This document shows positions 26,756-32,000 of a stretch of 32,000 bases of DNA, in pieces (the stretch's first letter is position 1; each line of letters starts with the position of its first letter). Under the pieces are notes generated by a model. The model did not search any database, was not told the origin of the DNA, and worked only from the letters and a program-made list of their open reading frames with translations. The translations under genes were made by a program, and so were the position numbers. Source of the stretch: Caldivirga maquilingensis IC-167 (GTDB lineage Archaea > Thermoproteota > Thermoprotei > Thermoproteales > Thermocladiaceae). Location: assembly GCF_000018305.1 (NCBI RefSeq), contig NC_009954.1, positions 1,650,001 through 1,682,000 of the forward strand, written 5' to 3'.

Positions 26756-27856
26756 ATGGGGGTTGGTCGATTCGCCAATAGGCTTAGGGCATTCATGAAT
26801 AATGCCAGGGGCCTTGGGGTTGAATTAGCGGTGGTCTCTACCCCAGTTAACATTAGGTACTTAACGGGTGCTCGTATTGAAACCTTTGAGAGGTTTGGTG
26901 CCTTACTAATATGTCTACGTAACGGGGAGTCTACATTAATAATACCTAAGCTTGATGAGGGGAAGGTTAAGGAACTTGATTTAAACTACTTAACCTACAC
27001 TGACTCAGAGGGGCCTAGGGCACTTGTTGAGAGGGTTACTTCAAACTGCGGTAATGCCACTGTGGTTGGTTTTGAATCCAATGCACCCCTGAGGCATTTT
27101 TGGTTGCTTAGAAGCGTACTAGGTGGCTTTAAGGATTTGCCGATTGATGATGCATTAGTAAGCCTCAGGATTATGAAGGATGAGGAGGAGATTAGTAATA
27201 TTAAGGCTGCTGTTAAGGCAATTGAGAAGGGGTTTGAGGCTGTGGAGAATTCATTAAGGGCCGGGTTAACTGAGGTTAAGCTGGCTGAGGTAATAAGAGA
27301 CGTCATCTCCAGTGCTGGTGCTGAGCCAAGGGATATACTTGTTCAATCAGGTCCAAATTCAGCAATACCTCATTGGCTACCCAGCAGTAGACGCATTAGT
27401 GATAATGATGTCGTGGTTATTGACTTAACGGCAACATACAATGACTATTACGGTGACTTAACGAGAACATTCACCGTGGGTAATGTTAATGATGAGTTCA
27501 TAAAAATCTATAACCTAGTTAAAAGAGCCCACGATGAAGCAATAACCGCGGTTAAGGATGGTGTCACTGGATCGTATATTGACTCAGTGGCTAGGCGTAT
27601 AATAAGGGAGGGGGGTTATGGTGAATACTTCATACATAGGACTGGTCATGGAATCGGGCTTGAGGTGCATGAGGAACCATACATAAGTAGTGATTATGTT
27701 AAGGCATTACCCAGAGGCTCAGTGTTCACCATAGAACCAGGCATATATCTTCAGGGTAGGTTTGGTGTAAGGCTTGAAAGTAATGTGGTAATAAATAGTA
27801 ATGGTGTTGTGGAGGTCCTTGACTCATACTGGCCAAGCATTAATCATGCTGATTAA
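26756..27856 (+). CDS. pepQ: Xaa-Pro dipeptidase (M24B prolidase)
   Basis: 366 aa. It has the metal-ligand blocks VVIDLTATYNDYYGDLTRT, HRTGHGIGLEVHEEP and FTIEPGIY. Confidence 0.85.
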   Translation: MGVGRFANRLRAFMNNARGLGVELAVVSTPVNIRYLTGARIETFERFGALLICLRNGESTLIIPKLDEGKVKELDLNYLTYTDSEGPRALVERVTSNCGNATVVGFESNAPLRHFWLLRSVLGGFKDLPIDDALVSLRIMKDEEEISNIKAAVKAIEKGFEAVENSLRAGLTEVKLAEVIRDVISSAGAEPRDILVQSGPNSAIPHWLPSSRRISDNDVVVIDLTATYNDYYGDLTRTFTVGNVNDEFIKIYNLVKRAHDEAITAVKDGVTGSYIDSVARRIIREGGYGEYFIHRTGHGIGLEVHEEPYISSDYVKALPRGSVFTIEPGIYLQGRFGVRLESNVVINSNGVVEVLDSYWPSINHAD

Positions 27857-28014
27857 ATGCCCAGTTAACTCATCTCACTTAATGGCTTCCCGATTTTAAT
27901 AATATAATATGGAGAATTACCCATTAAATTACCTAATTTTATATTTGTAAATATTATGAAAGCATTTATAAGATTTGGATAAAATTTAAAAATATGCATA
28001 TATAATGAATATGT

Positions 28015-28704
28015 ATGATTAATGTAATTCATGTGGTATTGAATCATTACGGGGATTGGACTGAGTTAACTGAGAAGTATGATGTGGTAATTGATAATCC
28101 CTACTACGTACCGGTTCAATCAATGGGTATTAACTTTGAATTATTTAGAATCCATGAGAGGTATGGTTCATATGTTAAGGAATTAATAAATAGGATTAGG
28201 AATCATGGAAGTACAATAGTTAAGGTTATTAATGTAATCCCAAATAGGGAATATACGGATGCCGTAATGTACGGTGACTATAGTAAGAGCGTTAAATCCA
28301 TTTTCGTTAATAACATGTTCATAATAAGTTACTCAAGCTTTAAATATGGTTTAGAGTATTATACAGCAATACTACCACCCATTAAAGCCTCTGTAAACAA
28401 GACATTATCAGAATTAAAGAGCCAACTTAAGGAGAAGGCCGACGTTATATCCTTTAAGCAAGAGCGAGCTAAGCAATTACCTGTTAAGATCATTACGGAA
28501 TTAACACCAATGGAGAGGGATGTAATTAATACGGCGTATGAGTTAGGCTTCTTCAATTACCCGCGTGGTGCTAACCTTGATGATGTAGCTAAGGAGTTGA
28601 AGCTCTCCAAGGCCACAGTGGATTATCACTTGAGGAATGCGATAAGGAAAATAATCTCAAGTTACTTAATGAAGAAGGAGAAATTATGCTGGGAGCAGTA
28701 TTAA
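28015..28704 (+). CDS. transcriptional regulator with C-terminal HTH_10 (Bat-type) domain
   Basis: 229 aa. The C-terminal LTPMERDVINTAYELGFFNYPRGANLDDVAKELKLSKATVDYHLRNAIRKI is the typical bacterio-opsin-activator-type HTH. The gene sits in AT-rich DNA. Confidence 0.65.
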   Translation: MINVIHVVLNHYGDWTELTEKYDVVIDNPYYVPVQSMGINFELFRIHERYGSYVKELINRIRNHGSTIVKVINVIPNREYTDAVMYGDYSKSVKSIFVNNMFIISYSSFKYGLEYYTAILPPIKASVNKTLSELKSQLKEKADVISFKQERAKQLPVKIITELTPMERDVINTAYELGFFNYPRGANLDDVAKELKLSKATVDYHLRNAIRKIISSYLMKKEKLCWEQY

Positions 28705-28875
28705 TGCAGTAATTATACCTATGTTAACTTATCGCTTCATTAATACTTAGATTCATCAAATTTTGATAATACTTAGAGATTTCTTATGTATTTTTCTAAT
28801 ATTATAAGAATATTTAGTAAATGCTTCAGTAGAATATACTAATTATTTATAAGTAGCTACCAGTAATCATTAATA

Positions 28876-29931
28876 ATGCTTGGTAAATACATACTATTAC
28901 TTGGATTATTGCTTTCACTCATATTACCTGGAATTACAGCTAATGCCCAGGCAACTGCATCAACACCCAACTTCATTATTTACAATGAGGTAAACGCGAG
29001 CAGTAAGTTCATAGGTGAGTTAAGTTACTTTATTCAATACGTGTACAATGACTATGTGATTAATAATAAGTTAAGCATGATGCAGCCATGTAATGGCTCA
29101 AAGTACATTGTCTATGTCACCAATAATGTAAGTAACCTAGGAGGTTACGTATCCTATGGTCCACTTTGCATTAATTACATTGAATTCAGCAGTAGCGCTA
29201 ACATACCTTACTCAGTGTACTATGTACTGCTTCACATGACTAGTTACTTCGCTGAGGCCCCAAACTATGATTCAACATGGTATGGTGTGGCTTCATCAAT
29301 AGGCTTAACCGAATACTTTAGTAAAATATGCAACTACGTTAATCTATTCTTCATTAACCAATACTGGTTAAGGAACCCGTATGATTACTTCAACCAATAC
29401 CCATACTACGGTGCATTCCCCTACGGTGCCTTATTCTATTGGTTAATGAACCAGTATACGCCACAATTCATATTAACAATGACCCTTAATTCGACTCAGT
29501 TGGTAAGTGCTTGGGTTGATGTTGAGTATGTTATCTTCTTAACGTCGATAGTTCATGGAGTTTACCTATGCGGTACCTTATATAAACCATCCTTCTCAGT
29601 AATTAGCCCCAATAGTACCCTATACTTAGTTATGCCTGGTTTAACAGCAAGATACTTCGTGATTAATGGATTAATTAACGGTGCTTTAACAATTAATGCA
29701 TATGGTAATGTGACAAGTGATGTGGTTATTAATGAGACAATATTCGTAACAAATGGTTCAGTCTACGTAGCACTAGTGAACCCTACCTTGAGTCAGGAAT
29801 TGGTTAAAGTGGTTGTGACGTATCATGGAAGCACAATTAGTGGATTCACTAACCAGTACCTGATACTTATCTTAGCCGTAATGATGTTGTTCTTCATAAT
29901 TATACTTACAATTGAATTAAGGAGACGTTGA
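28876..29931 (+). CDS. secreted, C-terminally membrane-anchored glycoprotein-like protein, unknown function
   Basis: 351 aa. It has an N-terminal signal peptide (MLGKYILLLGLLLSLILPGITANAQA), about 8 N-x-S/T sequons, Tyr/Asn-rich composition, and a C-terminal TM helix followed by RRR. Confidence 0.6.
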   Translation: MLGKYILLLGLLLSLILPGITANAQATASTPNFIIYNEVNASSKFIGELSYFIQYVYNDYVINNKLSMMQPCNGSKYIVYVTNNVSNLGGYVSYGPLCINYIEFSSSANIPYSVYYVLLHMTSYFAEAPNYDSTWYGVASSIGLTEYFSKICNYVNLFFINQYWLRNPYDYFNQYPYYGAFPYGALFYWLMNQYTPQFILTMTLNSTQLVSAWVDVEYVIFLTSIVHGVYLCGTLYKPSFSVISPNSTLYLVMPGLTARYFVINGLINGALTINAYGNVTSDVVINETIFVTNGSVYVALVNPTLSQELVKVVVTYHGSTISGFTNQYLILILAVMMLFFIIILTIELRRR

Positions 29932-29946
29932 TGCTTCAATGGGTGA

Positions 29947-30759
29947 TTAAACTATGGTGAAGTTAACCTCAGGCAGTAGGCCCTTCTCATGACCCCACTG
30001 TAGTAGGGTCTTAATAGCCTTCTCCCCATCATTACCCAGGTCCACTGTGTAGTTGTTAACGTACATGTCCACAAACCTACCGGTATCACTCATGTTGAGT
30101 CCCCTTGAGAACTTCATGGCGTACTCAAGTGCCTCCTCCCTATGCTGCATGGCGTACCTCAGGGATTCAAGTAAGGCATCCCTAATTAACATAGCATTAT
30201 CCATTCCTAATGATGCCTTAACAACATCTAGACCAAGGGGTGTTGGTAGTTTAGTTTGTTCATACCACCATTCACCTAAGTCCATTATATTCCTTAAGCC
30301 ATACCTCTCATAGGTTATTTGACCCTCGTGAATCAAAACCCCTGCATCAACGGCCCCACTAATCACTGCATCCATTATCTTGTCGAAGGGTACTTCAACA
30401 GTCTTAACATTAGGCATAGCTAACTTAAAGAGTAAGGTTGCTGTGGCGTAGGTTCCAGGTACGGCAACAAGGTTCATACCACCACCCTTACCAACAACCA
30501 CTGGGCCATACTTAAGCCCCATGGATGCACCAACCCTAAGCACATAATACTTATCAGCCACGTAGGCTAACGCGTGGGTGCTTATTGCAGTGACATCAAG
30601 CCTACCATGCAGTGCAAGCTTATTTAAAGTCTCAATATCAACCAGGAACTCCCTTATCCTAAAGGGGAAGTTAACCTTACCTGCAGTTAGTGCGTAAAAC
30701 ATGTATGCGTCATCCGGGTCAGGACTATGACCAATTAACAACTCCATAACTAAGTCCAA
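29947..30759 (-). CDS. MqnA/MqnD/SBP-family protein (1,4-dihydroxy-6-naphthoate synthase-like, futalosine pathway family)
   Basis: 270 aa. The N-terminal LLIGHSPDPDDAYMFYAL resembles the MqnD GHSPCPND..F.FYAL signature. Length fits the family. Confidence 0.6.
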   Translation of the reverse strand: MDLVMELLIGHSPDPDDAYMFYALTAGKVNFPFRIREFLVDIETLNKLALHGRLDVTAISTHALAYVADKYYVLRVGASMGLKYGPVVVGKGGGMNLVAVPGTYATATLLFKLAMPNVKTVEVPFDKIMDAVISGAVDAGVLIHEGQITYERYGLRNIMDLGEWWYEQTKLPTPLGLDVVKASLGMDNAMLIRDALLESLRYAMQHREEALEYAMKFSRGLNMSDTGRFVDMYVNNYTVDLGNDGEKAIKTLLQWGHEKGLLPEVNFTIV

Positions 30760-30864
30760 TTACTGCAGCTTTATAATCATTTACCTAATCCCCACTCTTC
30801 CATTTTATTGAGTAACCTTAATCCGCAGGGGCATGCATTCTTAATGAGCATTAAGGATACTGTA

Positions 30865-32000
30865 TTACTCAACTATTATACTTCTTACACCACGGCCTGT
30901 CCTAACATCTTTAAAGAACCTTGTATACAGGTATATGTTAACTCCATTAATAATCACAGCGATTATAAATGGGACAGGTAAGGCTACGTAATCAATCATG
31001 GCTCCACTGGATAATGTCGCCGCCGCTGATGGAAGCAACCTAGCCGCTTGATTAGCACCGGCAGTGGTTGATCTTGAACCCTGACTAACTAGACTCATCA
31101 TTAAAGCTGACTGAGCAGGTAGGGATACTACCCTGAACATTACGTAAATTAAGTAGGCTACCATGGCTATGGCCACATCATAACTCAACACCGGGGAAAA
31201 GCGATTTACGAAGGGTAATGTTACTAAGGCCGCAGTGGATATTGACCTGGTTAAAACAACAGTCCTAACGAAGCCGAGCCTACTGGTTATGACTGGCGTT
31301 AGCAGTGATATTAATGCAGCAGCCACGCCACCCAGGAAGAAGATATTCCCTATCTCACCCTTAGGTATCTTGAGGAGTATTTCAAAGATTATGGGTAGGA
31401 ATGGTGTCACTAAGCCCTGTCCAATACCATTAAAGGCACCAGTCAATACGAACCTCCTAATAACCCTCCTGTCCTTCTCATCCAACCTACCGTTAACTGA
31501 ACCGCACCTACCCTTAACCGCACTCTCACTGTACCTATCCCTAACGGGCAGTATTGCTAGGAATGATGCCGTTGAAAGCCCTAGGGCAATCATGAAGCCC
31601 TCCCTGTAACTTAAGTGAGCCAATAATGCACCCACCGCCCCAGCTAGACCTGAGGCTAGGTTAAGTAGTGAATACACCATGGTTCTATTCTCCTCATTAG
31701 TCTTATCAGCCAATAATGCAGTCATCATTGGGGCAACAATAGCCCCAACACTACCACTGGCTAAAGCCCCAGCAGTACCGAATCCACCTAATGCCGCTGC
31801 AACTAGTAGTAGGGCGTAGTTTGAGGTTAATAGTAGTATTGCTGTTGCAGCTGGTAGGAATAGTAATGCTATTAATAGCATCCTCTTCCTACCATAACAG
31901 TCACCAAGCCTACCGAAGTATAGGCTCATTAAAGGTGTTGCGAAGGCACCAACACCAAAGAATACGCCTATTAAGGTGGCTGATAGGTGAAGCACATTAT
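30865..32000 (-). CDS. MFS transporter (5' end outside window)
   Basis: Polytopic membrane protein. The MFS motif A, GRLGDCYGRKRML, occurs only about 30 aa from the track start, so TM1-2 must lie beyond nt 32000. The frame is open to the window edge. Confidence 0.8.
   Translation of the reverse strand, partial: NVLHLSATLIGVFFGVGAFATPLMSLYFGRLGDCYGRKRMLLIALLFLPAATAILLLTSNYALLLVAAALGGFGTAGALASGSVGAIVAPMMTALLADKTNEENRTMVYSLLNLASGLAGAVGALLAHLSYREGFMIALGLSTASFLAILPVRDRYSESAVKGRCGSVNGRLDEKDRRVIRRFVLTGAFNGIGQGLVTPFLPIIFEILLKIPKGEIGNIFFLGGVAAALISLLTPVITSRLGFVRTVVLTRSISTAALVTLPFVNRFSPVLSYDVAIAMVAYLIYVMFRVVSLPAQSALMMSLVSQGSRSTTAGANQAARLLPSAAATLSSGAMIDYVALPVPFIIAVIINGVNIYLYTRFFKDVRTGRGVRSIIVE

Noticed and set aside
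25882-27306. Minus-strand ORFs 25882-26145 and 26995-27306
   Set aside because: They are antisense to the CoADR/NOX and prolidase genes, and the products are Ser/Leu/Thr-rich.
27865-28556. Minus-strand ORFs 27865-28047 and 28359-28556
   Set aside because: The first lies in very AT-rich promoter DNA, where stop-free runs arise by chance. The second is antisense to the HTH_10 regulator gene.
29221-29250. YVLLHMTSYF in the secreted 351-aa protein, read as a degenerate HExxH zincin motif
   Set aside because: Only the first His matches, since Glu is replaced by Met and the second His by Tyr. A single short resemblance is not evidence for a peptidase fold.
30053-31609. Plus-strand ORFs 30053-30313 and 31235-31609
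   Set aside because: They are antisense to the MqnD-like and MFS genes respectively and look like shadow ORFs.
1-32000. Scan for CRISPR arrays, rRNA, tRNA, IS elements and integrases
   Set aside because: I noticed no regularly spaced 24-40-nt direct repeats, no tRNA-like T-arm consensus (GGTTCGAATCC or variants), no rRNA-like segments, and no transposase- or integrase-like ORFs. This was a by-eye scan only, so short or divergent elements could have been missed.

Overview
This is a compact, gene-dense archaeal chromosome segment. By inference it is crenarchaeal, Thermoproteales-like (Caldivirga/Vulcanisaeta style). The supporting markers are archease, ribosomal protein eL43 (L37Ae), TruD/Pus7, DUF131, an archaeal presenilin homologue, many GTG/TTG starts, and A/T-rich TATA-like boxes about 25 nt upstream of start codons, which suggests leaderless mRNAs. 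I support about 37 protein-coding genes. Most are ordinary housekeeping or metabolic genes: MTAP, two aldo/keto reductase paralogues, a fumarase-type Fe-S hydro-lyase alpha subunit, agmatinase, a Memo-like protein, a cysteine-synthase-family PLP enzyme, a DHH/DHHA1 phosphoesterase, a cupin, a CoA-disulfide reductase/NADH oxidase, prolidase, an MqnD-like protein and an MFS transporter. By eye I found no rRNA, tRNA, CRISPR array, transposase or integrase. I did not find a convincing new multi-gene system. The items most worth a second look are: (1) an MNT-HEPN toxin-antitoxin pair whose HEPN gene is frameshifted and has Gln where the catalytic His should be; (2) a 1317-aa membrane-anchored sedolisin (S53) protease with a long sequon-rich C-terminal extension, an Asn-rich short-repeat segment and a coiled-coil plus TM tail; (3) a presenilin/SPP homologue (YD, GxGD, PAL) lying head-to-head with an uncharacterised Zn-ribbon protein; (4) a gene broken into three ORFs by two compensating frame changes; (5) a 378-aa orphan that looks like a degenerate DHH (RecJdbh/Cdc45-like) protein; and (6) an AT-rich islet carrying an HTH_10 regulator and a secreted glycoprotein. 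All family calls come from motif recognition by eye. No searches were run.
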